From contig JBBQZX010000035.1 of the NCBI GenBank assembly GCA_038207335.1, positions 1-50,015 on the forward strand: DNA of 50,015 nucleotides. Reading direction: 5' to 3'. This document shows, one piece after another, positions 1-12,516 of this stretch. Position numbers and translations under genes: made by a program. This DNA comes from Chthoniobacterales bacterium (GTDB lineage Bacteria > Verrucomicrobiota > Verrucomicrobiia > Chthoniobacterales > Chthoniobacteraceae). Position 1 is the stretch's first letter. Every line of letters begins with the position of its first letter. The notes under the pieces are model-generated. The model worked only from the letters and a program-made list of their open reading frames with translations. It was not told the DNA's origin and ran no database searches.

Positions 1-1163
1 AGGGTGCGCCAGAGTTCTTCGCCGGACTGCGTATCGAGGCAGAAGAGCACGGCGCTGCGCTCGTTCCGCTCGGTGATGCCGTAGAGGTAGCGCTGCTCGC
101 GCACGAGCGGGGTCATGAACTGCACGTTGATCTTTGGCAGGGCCTTGAAGACGGTCGCTTTTAGGTCCTCGCCCACGTCGAGGAGGACGCCGCCTTCGGT
201 GTAGGCTTCGCACATAAAGATGCGCGATCCGACGACTCGCGGGGTCGAGGCATTGACGGAGGCCGGGCGCGTCGCCCGCCACGGAAAGGCGAAGTCCAGG
301 GCGCCATCGGCGGGATCGACGCAGAGCAGTCCGCCCCGGGGCGGTATGGTCTTTCCACCCGCGAAGACGAGCACGCGATCCCGGCCGTGGAGTGTCGCGG
401 AAATGGGCGAGGCGTAGCTGCCATCCCACGGCTGGCGGGTGACCCAGACGAGGCGGCCCGTCATTTTCTCGAACGCGGCGACGGCGTAGTCATCCTTGCC
501 GCCGAGGTTCAAGATGAGGAGGTCGCCGTGGATCAGGGGCGCGCCACCTTTGCCGAAGAAATCGGTTTCCACGGCCATCTCGTGCCCGAGATCGCGCTTC
601 CAGATGACACTGCCACTGGCGAGGTCGAAGCACTGCACCAGCGCGCGGGTTCCGATGAAATAAACGCGGTCACCATCGATGGTCGGCGGTGCCTGCGGAC
701 CTTCGGAGTAGCCGAACGACTGCCCGAATTCGACGGGCGTTTCGTGGAACCAAAGGCGCTTGCCCGTCTCCGCGTCGAGGCACTCGAGGATCTCCACTTT
801 ATCGAGTCGATGCGCCATGAGCAGCCTTCCGCGGGCAGCGACGGGTGGCGCGAAACCTTTGCCGCGCTGCACTTCCCAGAGCAGCTTTGGCTCGCTGCCT
901 TCCTTCCATGTGGTGACGAGGCCGCTTTCCTTTGAGGTGAGGTCGTAGCCCGCGCCGAGAAAATGCGGCCAGTCGTCGGTCACCGCAGCGGGCGCGAGCG
1001 GTTTGGGCGCAGCATGGGAAGTGAGCCGGTCAAACGTCACGGCTTCCGCGATGGTTTTGCTCGGCGGATGGACTTCCGGCGGTGCGGGGTCGCTTGCGAT
1101 GCGTTCGGCGCGCGCTGAAGTGAGATGAAGCGCGACGAAGAGAAGGATGAGGAGTGGTTTCAT
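1..1163 (-). CDS. PQQ-binding-like beta-propeller (BamB-like) secreted protein; 3' end runs off the window
   Basis: Not in the ORF track because it has no stop in the window. Manual translation from ATG 1163: MKPLLILLFVALHLTSARA (signal peptide)...DDWPHFLG...LLWE...ECLDAETGKRLW...GPQAPPTIDGDRVY...CFDLASGSVIWKRD...SYASP...CLDTQSGEELW, typical PQQ_2 repeats. Confidence 0.85.
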   Translation of the reverse strand, partial: MKPLLILLFVALHLTSARAERIASDPAPPEVHPPSKTIAEAVTFDRLTSHAAPKPLAPAAVTDDWPHFLGAGYDLTSKESGLVTTWKEGSEPKLLWEVQRGKGFAPPVAARGRLLMAHRLDKVEILECLDAETGKRLWFHETPVEFGQSFGYSEGPQAPPTIDGDRVYFIGTRALVQCFDLASGSVIWKRDLGHEMAVETDFFGKGGAPLIHGDLLILNLGGKDDYAVAAFEKMTGRLVWVTRQPWDGSYASPISATLHGRDRVLVFAGGKTIPPRGGLLCVDPADGALDFAFPWRATRPASVNASTPRVVGSRIFMCEAYTEGGVLLDVGEDLKATVFKALPKINVQFMTPLVREQRYLYGITERNERSAVLFCLDTQSGEELWRT

Positions 1164-1267
1164 GACAAAGCGAAGTGGACCGGTTCGTTGGGCCGAGCGG
1201 ATTTTCGTTTGTGGGCGGACGTGTTCTGTCCTCAACCAAGACGGATGAACAATCAGCAATGGCCCCG

Positions 1268-1297
1268 CCTGCCGGCCTCGTCCGTGAGGCTGGCAGG
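1268..1297. terminator. GC-rich hairpin just downstream of katG
   Basis: CCTGCCGGCCTC-N6-GAGGCTGGCAGG, a 12-bp stem with one G-T pair, ~20 nt past the katG stop. No strong U-tract. Confidence 0.5.
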
Positions 1298-1315
1298 GGT
1301 GCGAGGCTTCGGCGT

Positions 1316-3574
<2,259 letters not shown>

Positions 3575-3750
3575 TTAGGCAGAAGTTGAAGTTTGTTGCG
3601 CCAGAAATCTGGCTCGAAATCGTCGTCCCGGTTCGCCGGACCAACGGGATTTCTAGTTTACCAGAGTTTTTCCGGATGGGCGTAGTTTTTTGTCTCCTTC
3701 GACGCCATGGGCTCCAAGCAGTGGCCGCCGAAAGGAACCTCTTGAACAAG

Positions 3751-4866
3751 CTACGGCCGCTTCATTGATTCGGAGTTCCGTTTGAAAAACTGCAGCCAAG
3801 CACCGTTGAGCGCGGCCTCGGACTTCTTTTCCGGGGCGGCAGCGTATTCGACGATTGTGCGTCCCCAGTAGAAACTGACGAAGCCCTCGGCGCGTTCGCG
3901 AGCGCGTTTCAGGAAGTCCTCCATCTCCTCGGTCGTGCAGGCGAGCGGGAAGGTTTCTTCGATGAGGAGGGCCTTGCCGATGTCGTAAACGGAGAGGGCG
4001 TGGAGTGCGCGGTCCAGTTCGCCGGATTTGGGGTAAACGTGGACGCTAACGAAATCGAACGCAGGGCTGACTTCGGGAGAGTAAAAAATGGGCTTTGCAT
4101 CGGGCCAAATCTGCGCCCAGGGGATGACGCCGACGGTGATGAGATGCGTGGGGTCTTCGGCGTGAATCGCGGTGGTCAGTTGATCGGTCCACGCTTTGGC
4201 GATTTGGATGGGGGTGCGCTTGCCGGGCGTGAGCGTGAGGCGTTGGACAAAGTGTTTGCCCCCGAGTTCGCCAGCCAGCCAGCCCTGGTCGGTTTTCCCG
4301 TCGATCGCTGGCTCGTTCATGAGGTCGTAGCAAAAGACGGCGGACGAATCGCGGCACGTCCGCGCGATGGCCGACCAGAAGCATGCCTGCGCAGCCCAGC
4401 GGCCGGTCTCATCCATGGTGTCATACCAGGGAGGCGTGTCGGACTGATTGTAGCACCCGAGGCCGGTGATATCCAGATACAGGCCAGTCTCCTCAGCCAG
4501 CACGAGCAGGCGGCGCAGTTGTGTGAGCGACTTCTCATCGGGCCTCTCGGGTGCAGTCATGAATTTGCCGAACTGCAGATGAATGCGGACGAGATTCGCA
4601 CCCAGCGCTTTCATCTCGCGGAAATCGCCGACCACCGTGTCCCACTCATCGATCCAGTAATCCTCGAGCAGGCGACCTTCGCCGCGGCTGTCGTGATCGT
4701 AGTTGACGCCCCAGATGCGAAAGGGCCGGTCGGATTCGGCAAGGACGAAAGACTGACCGTCTTCACTCAATCGAATGGGTTCGAGCGCGCCCGCCCGCAA
4801 GGTGGTCAACATCACGATGAAGACGAAGAGGAAGCGCAGCGTGCTGGTTAGACGAAGCGGCGACAT
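3751..4866 (-). CDS. Secreted glycoside hydrolase, cellulase/GH5-like (clan GH-A)
   Basis: Signal peptide from ATG 4866. MKALGANLVRIH, YDLMNEP (acid/base Glu), VSVHVYP, LIEETFP (nucleophile Glu). Confidence 0.8.
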   Translation of the reverse strand: MSPLRLTSTLRFLFVFIVMLTTLRAGALEPIRLSEDGQSFVLAESDRPFRIWGVNYDHDSRGEGRLLEDYWIDEWDTVVGDFREMKALGANLVRIHLQFGKFMTAPERPDEKSLTQLRRLLVLAEETGLYLDITGLGCYNQSDTPPWYDTMDETGRWAAQACFWSAIARTCRDSSAVFCYDLMNEPAIDGKTDQGWLAGELGGKHFVQRLTLTPGKRTPIQIAKAWTDQLTTAIHAEDPTHLITVGVIPWAQIWPDAKPIFYSPEVSPAFDFVSVHVYPKSGELDRALHALSVYDIGKALLIEETFPLACTTEEMEDFLKRARERAEGFVSFYWGRTIVEYAAAPEKKSEAALNGAWLQFFKRNSESMKRP

Positions 4867-4935
4867 AGGATGGGAGGGGGCGACGGAGCAGCGCAAACGA
4901 AGCCCGAATCGGGGCACGGGTCGGAGAGGGCTGCT

Positions 4936-5649
4936 TCAGCCTTTGCGGTAGATTTTCACATCGTCCACGACAGCGTTGTGCGGGACGGAGAGGCGCAACA
5001 TGCGCTTGGTCGGGTGCGCGATGCCGGGTGAGTGGAAGCTGCCGAGAGGTTGGCCGTCGATATTGACGCTCAGCTCGTCGCCGTCGATTTTCAGCTGCAA
5101 TTCGTGCCACTTGCCGACCTCGGTGGCGTGCGGGAATGCCTTGGTTTTGCCAACGAGCGCTTGCTTCTGGTCATCGGTGAGCGGCTTCTTTTCCGTCCGA
5201 GCTTCGTGGATGTCGAGGCGCATGCCCCCGGTCTTGTGGTCGATGAGCTGGACTTGCTTCGGGCTGATTTTGGCCATGAAAAGGTGGCCGGCGTGGACTT
5301 CCTTGAGCTGGGCGTCGGCGAAATCGAGGCCGAGGACGTCCTTTTCATCCTCCAGCATGAAGCGCAGCGTCACCGCCCCGTCAGTGAATTCGGCGGCGTG
5401 CGCGACGGTCACCGGATGATCCGCGCGGGCGCTGATGGTGATGCGCATCGCGCCGTCTTTCAGGTCCACTTGCTTGTCGTTCTGTGCGCGAGCCTTGCTG
5501 TTGGTTCCCCAGCCGTTGCCGGGCTCGTCGGCGGTTTCTTGGGATTCGCTGCGGTTAAAGTCGTCCTCGAAAATGACTCTGCCAAGGTCGGCGGCAAAAG
5601 CGGACGCGGTGAGGCCGGGGATGAGCGCGAGTGTGGCGAGGAGGTTCAT
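4936..5649 (-). CDS. Secreted LamG/DUF1080-like beta-sandwich protein
   Basis: Signal peptide, IFEDDF, GKWHELQLKIDGDELSVNIDG, terminal VDDVKIY. Confidence 0.6.
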   Translation of the reverse strand: MNLLATLALIPGLTASAFAADLGRVIFEDDFNRSESQETADEPGNGWGTNSKARAQNDKQVDLKDGAMRITISARADHPVTVAHAAEFTDGAVTLRFMLEDEKDVLGLDFADAQLKEVHAGHLFMAKISPKQVQLIDHKTGGMRLDIHEARTEKKPLTDDQKQALVGKTKAFPHATEVGKWHELQLKIDGDELSVNIDGQPLGSFHSPGIAHPTKRMLRLSVPHNAVVDDVKIYRKG

Positions 5650-5810
5650 TTCACGAGGAATAGCACGCTGCGGTGATGTGAGGGAAGCTGCGAACGTCAG
5701 GAGAGATCAAGGACTTGCGCCGAGGGCGGTGTCCGGCGATGGATTGGGTTCAAATATTGCGACAGGTGGCGGGTCACTCCTTGTTGCGAATTTTGAAGAT
5801 AATCCCCTGC

Positions 5811-7763
5811 ATGACGACTCCTCGAATTTCTCGCTCTCTCGCGCTCGCGCTGGTCTGCTGTGGCCTGGCGCTGGTGGCGACCGTGCGGGGCGAGTCAGTG
5901 AAGGGCGACGACGAGGGCTTTGCGGTGCTGCACGCGGAGGCGAAGAAGAACTTCAAGGAGGAGGTGGCGCCTTTCGTGAAGAATTACTGCGCGGATTGTC
6001 ACGGCCTGAAGAAACAGAAAGGCGGTATCAATTTCCAACCCGCCCTCGACAACCCCGGCAACTCAGTCGCCAGCAAGCGATGGAAACAGGCACTCGCAAA
6101 CGTGAAGACTCACGACATGCCGCCGGACGACGAAAAAAAGCAGCCGACCGATGAGGAGCGGCAGAAATTCCTCGACTCGATTGGCCAGATCAAATTTCTG
6201 AGCCCCAAGGATCCGGGGCAGTTTGTGATCCGCCGGCTGACGAAAGAGGAATATGGCAACACGTTGCACTCGCTTTTCGGCGTGGATACGGCAGTGGCGA
6301 AGGAACTGCCGGACGAGGTGTTCGGCGAGGGATATCTCAACACGCTGTCGCCGCTCCAGTCGGAGCAGTATCTCGGGATCGCCAATGACGTTCTGGATCG
6401 GGTTCTGGGGCCGAACGATGCGCCGCCGAATGAAATGCAAAAGCGACTTTTCGGCGAGACACCGACGGCGGTGGCCGATGTGCGGGAAGCAGCGAGAAAG
6501 GTCGCGCGTTCGTTGGCGCGGCAGGCATATCGTCGGCCAGCGTCGGATCAGGAAGTGGATGTCCTGCTGGGGGTCTTCGATTTGGCGTGCGCCAATCAAC
6601 TCCCCTACCCCGGCGCGCTGCGGCTCATGCTCAAGGCCGTGCTTGTTTCTCCGCAGTTCCTCTTCATCACGCCAGCCACGGAGGCTGCATCGGGCCGGTC
6701 CATCGTTCCGCTGGATGACTATCAACTGGCCTCCCGGCTGTCCTATCTCCTGTGGGCCACAATGCCGGACGCGGAGCTGTCTGCGCTCGCCGATGCAGGC
6801 ATGCTTCACGAGCCCCTGGTGCTCAAGACACAGGTGCAACGCCTGCTGGCGGACGACCAGTCGCGGGCCTTGTTCGATGGGTTTGGCGCGCAGTGGCTGG
6901 GGCTCGGCGACCTCGACACCAAGACCTTTGACACCGCGAAATTCCCGCAGATGACGAGCGAGATGCGCACCGCGATGTATGACGAGGCGCGCCTGTTCTT
7001 CGACAGCATCGTGCGCGAAAATCGCAGCGTCGTGAGCTTCGTGGACAGCGATTACACGTTCTTGAATGGAACGCTCGCCAGCATCTACGGAATGGAGAAA
7101 AGCGTCACCGGCCCGGCAATGCGCAAGGTGACGCTGACAGACAAAAATCGCGGCGGAGTCTTGGGGATGCCCGGCGTACTCGCGACGACCTCGTTTCCAA
7201 ACCGCACCAGCCCCGTGAAGCGCGGCGTGTGGGTGCTCGAACAGGTGCTCGGCGAAGAGGTGCCGCCCGCTCCGCCGAATGTCCCGGCATTGGAAAAGCA
7301 GGACAAGGACGCGATCGTGAACCTAACTCTACGCCAGCGCACCGAGCTTCACCGCACCAATGCCGTGTGCGCCAATTGCCACAAGATTCTCGATCCCATC
7401 GGCTTCGGCTTGGAGAACTTCGACGCCATCGGACGCTGGCGGGAGCAGGACGACAGCGGTGGGCCCATCGACGCTGTTGGCGAGCTGCCGGGCGGCAAGC
7501 ACTTCACGACTCCGACGGAACTGAAAGCCATCATCGCGGCGCGAAAGGATGACCTCGCTAGGAACCTCACGCAGAAACTGCTCTCCTATGCCCTTTGCCG
7601 ACACCTCGAAGGTTACGATGAAGTCGTCGTGGATCAAATCATGGAAACCCTTGCGAAGGATGACTACCGCATGCAGACACTAATCTCCGAGGTCGTCAGC
7701 AGTTACCCTTTTGTGAATCATCGCGTGCAGCAACCCCCCGCCCTTTCATCCAATGCTCAATAA
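5811..7763 (+). CDS. DUF1592/DUF1588/DUF1585-domain protein with planctomycete-type cytochrome c motifs
   Basis: CADCH and CANCH heme motifs, [49 protein letters not shown]. Start placed at ATG 5811 (signal peptide). Confidence 0.9.
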   Translation: MTTPRISRSLALALVCCGLALVATVRGESVKGDDEGFAVLHAEAKKNFKEEVAPFVKNYCADCHGLKKQKGGINFQPALDNPGNSVASKRWKQALANVKTHDMPPDDEKKQPTDEERQKFLDSIGQIKFLSPKDPGQFVIRRLTKEEYGNTLHSLFGVDTAVAKELPDEVFGEGYLNTLSPLQSEQYLGIANDVLDRVLGPNDAPPNEMQKRLFGETPTAVADVREAARKVARSLARQAYRRPASDQEVDVLLGVFDLACANQLPYPGALRLMLKAVLVSPQFLFITPATEAASGRSIVPLDDYQLASRLSYLLWATMPDAELSALADAGMLHEPLVLKTQVQRLLADDQSRALFDGFGAQWLGLGDLDTKTFDTAKFPQMTSEMRTAMYDEARLFFDSIVRENRSVVSFVDSDYTFLNGTLASIYGMEKSVTGPAMRKVTLTDKNRGGVLGMPGVLATTSFPNRTSPVKRGVWVLEQVLGEEVPPAPPNVPALEKQDKDAIVNLTLRQRTELHRTNAVCANCHKILDPIGFGLENFDAIGRWREQDDSGGPIDAVGELPGGKHFTTPTELKAIIAARKDDLARNLTQKLLSYALCRHLEGYDEVVVDQIMETLAKDDYRMQTLISEVVSSYPFVNHRVQQPPALSSNAQ

Positions 7764-9135
7764 CTTCCGCATCAGCCGTCGCACCTGCCTGAAAGGAATC
7801 GGAGCTACACTCGCGCTGCCGCTTTTTGAAAGCATGGGCTGGGGGGCACCGGTAAAGGGCAAGGCTTTCAAGCCACCGGTTCGACTCGGCTTCATGTACA
7901 TGCCGCATGGGGTCATCATGGATCAGTTCTGGCCTGCGAACGCCGAGAGCTTCCTATCCTCGCCACCGCCGGCCTTGGAGTCGCTGCGGCCGGTGCTCGA
8001 CCAGTGCTTGCTCATGAAAGGCATCACGGGCGTGCCGATCTCGCCTTTCAATGGCGCACCCCATGCGCTCGAACTCTCGACCTGGCTCACCGCACAACTC
8101 CCGGACGCCGAGACGCGGAACCAGATCAACATCGCGATCTCTGCCGATCAAATCGCCGCCAATTACGTGGGCGCGCTCACTTCCCTGCCCTCGCTGGAAC
8201 TGGCCACGATGCCGCAGACGCACAAGGAAAACCAGGAGGGGCTTAACGAAGGCTACTACTCGCATTGCAGCTTCCGCTCCCCGACTCAGGCCGTCCCTGC
8301 CGAGACCAACCCCCGCAGCGTGCTCGACCGCCTCTTTGGCAAGTTTAACCAACCCGGGCGCGCCGCGCAGGCGGACCCGCTGGATCGGCAGATGTTGGAC
8401 TTGGTCATCGGCGGTGCAAAAGACCTCCGCCGCAAGTTGCCGCAGGACGACCAACACAAGCTCGACGAATACCTTGACAGCGTGCGCGCAGTGGAGCGCC
8501 GCATCGCCGCCATCGAGTATCGCCAAAAAGAAGCTGCCATGGAGAAGTCCGGCGTCGCAGCGAGCAAACGCAACGCTTCGGATTCACCGCCCATCGAGAT
8601 CAAAATCCCCGACGGCGACAAGCGCAGCGAATACATGCAGATCATGTGCGACCTCAACGTGCTCGCCTTTCAGACCGACACCACACGGGTGAGCACGTAC
8701 ATCGGCTCCACGCCAAATGGCGTGTCCTATCCTGAGCTGGGCTTCACCGACGCGCATCACTCTCAGACGCATCACGCCAACCAGCCCGACAAGGTCGCGA
8801 AAGTCGAAGCCATCACCGCCTTCAACATAGCTCAGTTCGCCTACATGGTGAAGAAGATGGCCAGCCTGCGAGAAGGCGACGGCACCCTCCTGGATAACTG
8901 CATCATGATGTGGGGCTCCGGCCTCGAGGACGGCAACAAACACTCCCGCGAAAACCTTCCCTTCATCCTCGCCGGACGCGGCGGCGGCACCGTCAATACC
9001 GGACGCTTCCTGTCCGACAGCAAAGGCAACCAAGGCGACCTGCTCACCACAATCCTCGCCTGCGCCGGCATCCCCCTCGACCGCCCCATCGGCATCGCGA
9101 CCAAGCAACTCAAAGAGATGACCGTCGGGATCTGA
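7753..9135 (+). CDS. DUF1552-domain protein with Tat-like leader
   Basis: [61 protein letters not shown]. Canonical partner of DUF1592, overlapping it. Confidence 0.9.
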   Translation: MLNNFRISRRTCLKGIGATLALPLFESMGWGAPVKGKAFKPPVRLGFMYMPHGVIMDQFWPANAESFLSSPPPALESLRPVLDQCLLMKGITGVPISPFNGAPHALELSTWLTAQLPDAETRNQINIAISADQIAANYVGALTSLPSLELATMPQTHKENQEGLNEGYYSHCSFRSPTQAVPAETNPRSVLDRLFGKFNQPGRAAQADPLDRQMLDLVIGGAKDLRRKLPQDDQHKLDEYLDSVRAVERRIAAIEYRQKEAAMEKSGVAASKRNASDSPPIEIKIPDGDKRSEYMQIMCDLNVLAFQTDTTRVSTYIGSTPNGVSYPELGFTDAHHSQTHHANQPDKVAKVEAITAFNIAQFAYMVKKMASLREGDGTLLDNCIMMWGSGLEDGNKHSRENLPFILAGRGGGTVNTGRFLSDSKGNQGDLLTTILACAGIPLDRPIGIATKQLKEMTVGI

Positions 9136-9165
9136 AGCGGCAGGTAAAAAGGCGAATCATTATCA

Positions 9166-9495
9166 ATGAGTGCCGGATCATCACCGGATACTGGAGGTGA
9201 CCTTCACGGATTCGTCATCCCGATCACCGAACCGCTGATCGTCGAGATCGATACCGAGTCCACGGCGGCCTACATCCGCCTCCACCACGGGAAAGCCGTT
9301 CGCACTGAGTCATTCGCTTCCGATCGCGGCTTTGTGATGCTCGATTTCGATAAAGACAGGAACGTGCTCGGCATTGAGGTCATCGGCCAGCAGGAGTTCG
9401 GTATTCGTGAGTGGATCAAATTGGTGACCATGCAAGTGACCGAGTCGATTCTGGACCGCACCCGTTACATCGCTGCGAATTTGCAAGCGGCGTGA
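9166..9495 (+). CDS. DUF2283-domain protein (usually toxin-antitoxin associated)
   Basis: EIDTESTAAYIRL...VRTE...VMLDFDKDRNVLGIEVI matches the DUF2283 pattern YD..D.LYI...v..D.D..g..vGIEi. Confidence 0.75.
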   Translation: MSAGSSPDTGGDLHGFVIPITEPLIVEIDTESTAAYIRLHHGKAVRTESFASDRGFVMLDFDKDRNVLGIEVIGQQEFGIREWIKLVTMQVTESILDRTRYIAANLQAA

Positions 9496-9500
9496 TTCGC

Positions 9501-9620
9501 ATGTTTGGCCCGCACTTTTCTTGATGAAGGTCAACGAAGACGTCTGCAAATGCACCGCCGAACAGGCGATCTCCGAGGAAGATTCCTTGAAGACAGGCGT
9601 GGAGAAGGGCGTGGACGGCG
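9501..9620 (+). pseudogene. thiC: Decayed fragment of the thiC 3' end
   Basis: Reads M-F-G-P-H-F-(1-nt deletion)-L-M-K-V-N-E-D-V-C-K-C-T-A-E-Q-A-I-S-E-E-D-S-L-K-T-G-V-E-K-G-V-D. ThiC C-terminus as recalled: [47 protein letters not shown]. Confidence 0.75.
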
Positions 9621-9671
9621 TAGCCCCCTTACAGTTCACACGGTAATCCGATCCGGTATTGCTTCTTCCCC

Positions 9672-11015
9672 ATGAATCGCAAGGAACTGGAGGAGACGAA
9701 ACCACCAAACCATTGGTTATCCGCCTGCTGCGCCACTCTCGTGTGGTGGGCAATCCCGATTCTTGTTCGACTTCAGCCGCGGAGTGATGAGGTGTCGGGC
9801 GGTTTGGCGCTTGGTTGTTTGATTGGCCTGGCGGTCGCTCTCTCACTTTGCGCGAGCTTTCGCCGCGCACCTTGGATAGTGCTGATTTGGATTCCACTGT
9901 TCGTCTGGACGTGTCTCGCTGCGGCGAAGTCTTTTGAAGCTTTTCGCGGTGGGCCGCTCGGTGGTGCCAGTGCAGCTCCATTAGAAGGGTTGGCAACTTT
10001 GATTATCCTCGCGACAGCTCTGCTCTTTAGCGTCGAAGGGGTTCTTTGTCTGGTCTGGCACCCGAATACCATCTCGTACCCATTGATCGCCTTGGCGGTT
10101 TTGAACACAGCGGCCATATCTTTTGTCACGCCACGAGCAAATCTTAAAGCCACACAGCAAGACATTGCCCTTCGCATCTTGGACTCCAGCAGCAACCCAG
10201 TCGCGGGCGCGACAGTCACATTCAAGCGTTACGGCTATGGTTCGGGTGGTACGGACGTCTTTGACTTCGAGGGCGGGTCATTGATTTCTGGCGGAGACGG
10301 TGTCGTGGTCATCCCATCGCGACGTATGCGCTACGAGACGCGCGGCATGATCAGCAAACCCAGCTTTCGCGACGTGCTCTTCACTGTCGGGATGCAGTTC
10401 AGCGAATGGGACAAGGAGCGGAGCGTGCATGTCTCGACCCGTGAGAGCGGCCAGATCGCATATGGAACTATCCCAACGGTCGAGTCGGTCGCCCTCTCGA
10501 TCTATCTCCCGCCGCTCAGTGATGCGCCCGAACCCCTTCATGCACTAAAGCGCTTGACGGCGGCTACCGACATCGGTCGAAGCGATGAAGCAGCACGATT
10601 CTTCAACATTGACACCGGAAATTTCAGTAAGGATCCTAGCGGCGATCTTATGTTTGAACTCTTCTTCGAGAAGGACAGTAGGTTCCCCGAAGACAACTAC
10701 GAAGTGGTAAAAGTGCGTGTCACAGGGCTAAACGGAACACAAGTCTTGCAGCTTCCGTATGCCGTTTCATTATCTGAAGATCTATCGTCTTACGAGCATA
10801 TATTCCGAATCGCTCCTGAGAGCGGATACCATGATGAGATCATTTTACAGGACGCGGGTTCTCTCCCTGGACCCACGATCTATCTCAAGATGCGTGGGGG
10901 CAGAATCTACGGACGGATGGATGTCCACGCATGGGGAAGAAGTGATCAGAAAAAAGCTCCTTGTGAAGTTTGGCTATACTTGAATCCCACGGGCCAGCGC
11001 CAACTTGAAAAATAG
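9672..11015 (+). CDS. Hypothetical membrane protein (~4-5 N-terminal TM helices, carboxypeptidase-regulatory-like Ig domain, C-terminal YLNPxG motif)
   Basis: 447-aa ORF with hydrophobic N-terminus, RILDSSSNPVAGATVTF, APESGY...YGRM...YLNPTGQRQLE. Visibly AT-richer than its flanks. Confidence 0.7.
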   Translation: MNRKELEETKPPNHWLSACCATLVWWAIPILVRLQPRSDEVSGGLALGCLIGLAVALSLCASFRRAPWIVLIWIPLFVWTCLAAAKSFEAFRGGPLGGASAAPLEGLATLIILATALLFSVEGVLCLVWHPNTISYPLIALAVLNTAAISFVTPRANLKATQQDIALRILDSSSNPVAGATVTFKRYGYGSGGTDVFDFEGGSLISGGDGVVVIPSRRMRYETRGMISKPSFRDVLFTVGMQFSEWDKERSVHVSTRESGQIAYGTIPTVESVALSIYLPPLSDAPEPLHALKRLTAATDIGRSDEAARFFNIDTGNFSKDPSGDLMFELFFEKDSRFPEDNYEVVKVRVTGLNGTQVLQLPYAVSLSEDLSSYEHIFRIAPESGYHDEIILQDAGSLPGPTIYLKMRGGRIYGRMDVHAWGRSDQKKAPCEVWLYLNPTGQRQLEK

Positions 11016-11148
11016 AAGACCGCAAATTTTTTCTCCTCTCGCGTTGAGTGGCGCGGCTTTGGTCGCGGTGTCGGCTTTTGACATTCTTTTTTTAAATGCA
11101 ACGAAGCGGCTTGGAAATGGGGTTCGGTGGATGCACCTTGTCGAAACG

Positions 11149-12471
11149 ATGAAGCTCCCCTCTTTCTCTGCGTTGTTGTCTTTGATGTGCGTGGCTGCCG
11201 TTCACGCGGAGACGGTGAAGGATCGCGAGGGGGCGGTGCGGGGGGATCGGGCGAAGTTGGAGGCGGATGCGCGGTGGAATTACAATGATGTGGATGCGGG
11301 GTTCGCGCTGGCTGCGATGACGGGGAAGCCGGTGCTGGTGGTGTTGCGCTGCATCCCGTGCATGGCGTGCATGGGCATCGATCAGAGCGTGCTGGAGGAG
11401 CAGGAGCTGGCGCCTTTGCTGGATCAGTTTGTCTGCGTGCGGGTGATCAATGCGAATGCGCTGGATCTCTCGCGTTTTCAGTTTGACTACGACTTGTCTT
11501 TTTCGGCGATGCTTTTTAATGCCGACGGCTCTGTGTATGGACGCTACGGGTCTTGGCAGCACCAGAAGGATCCGCGAGATAAGACGACGGCGGGCTTTAA
11601 AAAGGCGCTGGAGGCTGGGCTGGAGATTCATCGCGGCTATCCGGGAAATAAGGCGGCTCTGGGTGGCAAGCAGGGCGGGCCGACGCCTTACAAGACGCCG
11701 GTGGAGTTTCCGACGCTCAGTGTGAAGTATATGAGTAAGCTGGATTGGGGCGGCAAGGTGGTGCAGAGCTGCGTGCACTGCCACATGGTGGGGGACGCTT
11801 TTCGCGCGAACTTCCGCAGCCGCGGTGAAGCGGTGCCGATGCAGTGGATCTATCCGCAGCCATCGTTCGCGACTCTCGGGGTGACGCTGGCGACCGATGA
11901 GATTGCGAAGGTGGAGGCTGTCGCGGCGGATTCGGCGGCAGCGAAGGCGGGGGTGCGGGTGGGCGATCGCTTTGTCTCGCTCGATGGGCAGCCGCTCATC
12001 TCGATCGCGGATGTGAGCTGGGCGCTGCATCGCGCGCCTGATGCGGGGACGATGTCGACGGTGATCGAGCGTGATGGGAAGACTACGGAGATGACTTTGG
12101 GGCTGCAGGCGGGCTGGCGCTCGGCGCAGGATATCAGCAAACGCGTGGGGACGTGGCCGATGCGCGCGATGGCTTTTGGCGGGATGCGAATGGAGGATCT
12201 CGATGATGCATCGCGCGAGGAGCTTGGTCTTTCACAAGCGGCGATGGCGCTCCGGATCAGCAATGTCGGCGAATATGGGCCGAATGGCGCGGCGAAGAAG
12301 GAAGGCTTTAAGCCCGGCGACATTCTGCTCGGGGTCGATGATCTCCAGCAGCGCATTTCTGAAAGCGCGCTGATCGGCAATCTGCTGGAGCATCATCGTC
12401 CGGGTGAAAAGTTGCCCGCAACTGTTGTGCGGGGCAGCGAGCGCATGACGCTGCAGCTTCCGCAGCAGTGA
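11149..12471 (+). CDS. Trx7/PDZ-domain protein (Cys form) with CxxCH motif
   Basis: Signal peptide, thioredoxin-like GKPVLVVLRCIPCMAC, FQFDYDLSF, SCVHCH, and two PDZ-like segments (SAAAKAGVRVGD; AAKKEGFKPGD). Confidence 0.8.
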   Translation: MKLPSFSALLSLMCVAAVHAETVKDREGAVRGDRAKLEADARWNYNDVDAGFALAAMTGKPVLVVLRCIPCMACMGIDQSVLEEQELAPLLDQFVCVRVINANALDLSRFQFDYDLSFSAMLFNADGSVYGRYGSWQHQKDPRDKTTAGFKKALEAGLEIHRGYPGNKAALGGKQGGPTPYKTPVEFPTLSVKYMSKLDWGGKVVQSCVHCHMVGDAFRANFRSRGEAVPMQWIYPQPSFATLGVTLATDEIAKVEAVAADSAAAKAGVRVGDRFVSLDGQPLISIADVSWALHRAPDAGTMSTVIERDGKTTEMTLGLQAGWRSAQDISKRVGTWPMRAMAFGGMRMEDLDDASREELGLSQAAMALRISNVGEYGPNGAAKKEGFKPGDILLGVDDLQQRISESALIGNLLEHHRPGEKLPATVVRGSERMTLQLPQQ

Positions 12472-12492
12472 GGTGCCGTGACTTTCCGGTGA

Positions 12493-12508
12493 GGCTCGGA
12501 ACCGAGCC
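12493..12508. terminator. Hairpin between convergent genes
   Basis: GGCTCGG-AA-CCGAGCC between the stops at 12471 and 12517. Confidence 0.4.
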
Positions 12509-12516
12509 GGGGAGCT

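Noticed and set aside
11340..11375. Selenocysteine recoding in the Trx7/PDZ gene
   Set aside because: All three positions are TGC Cys codons, with no in-frame TGA.
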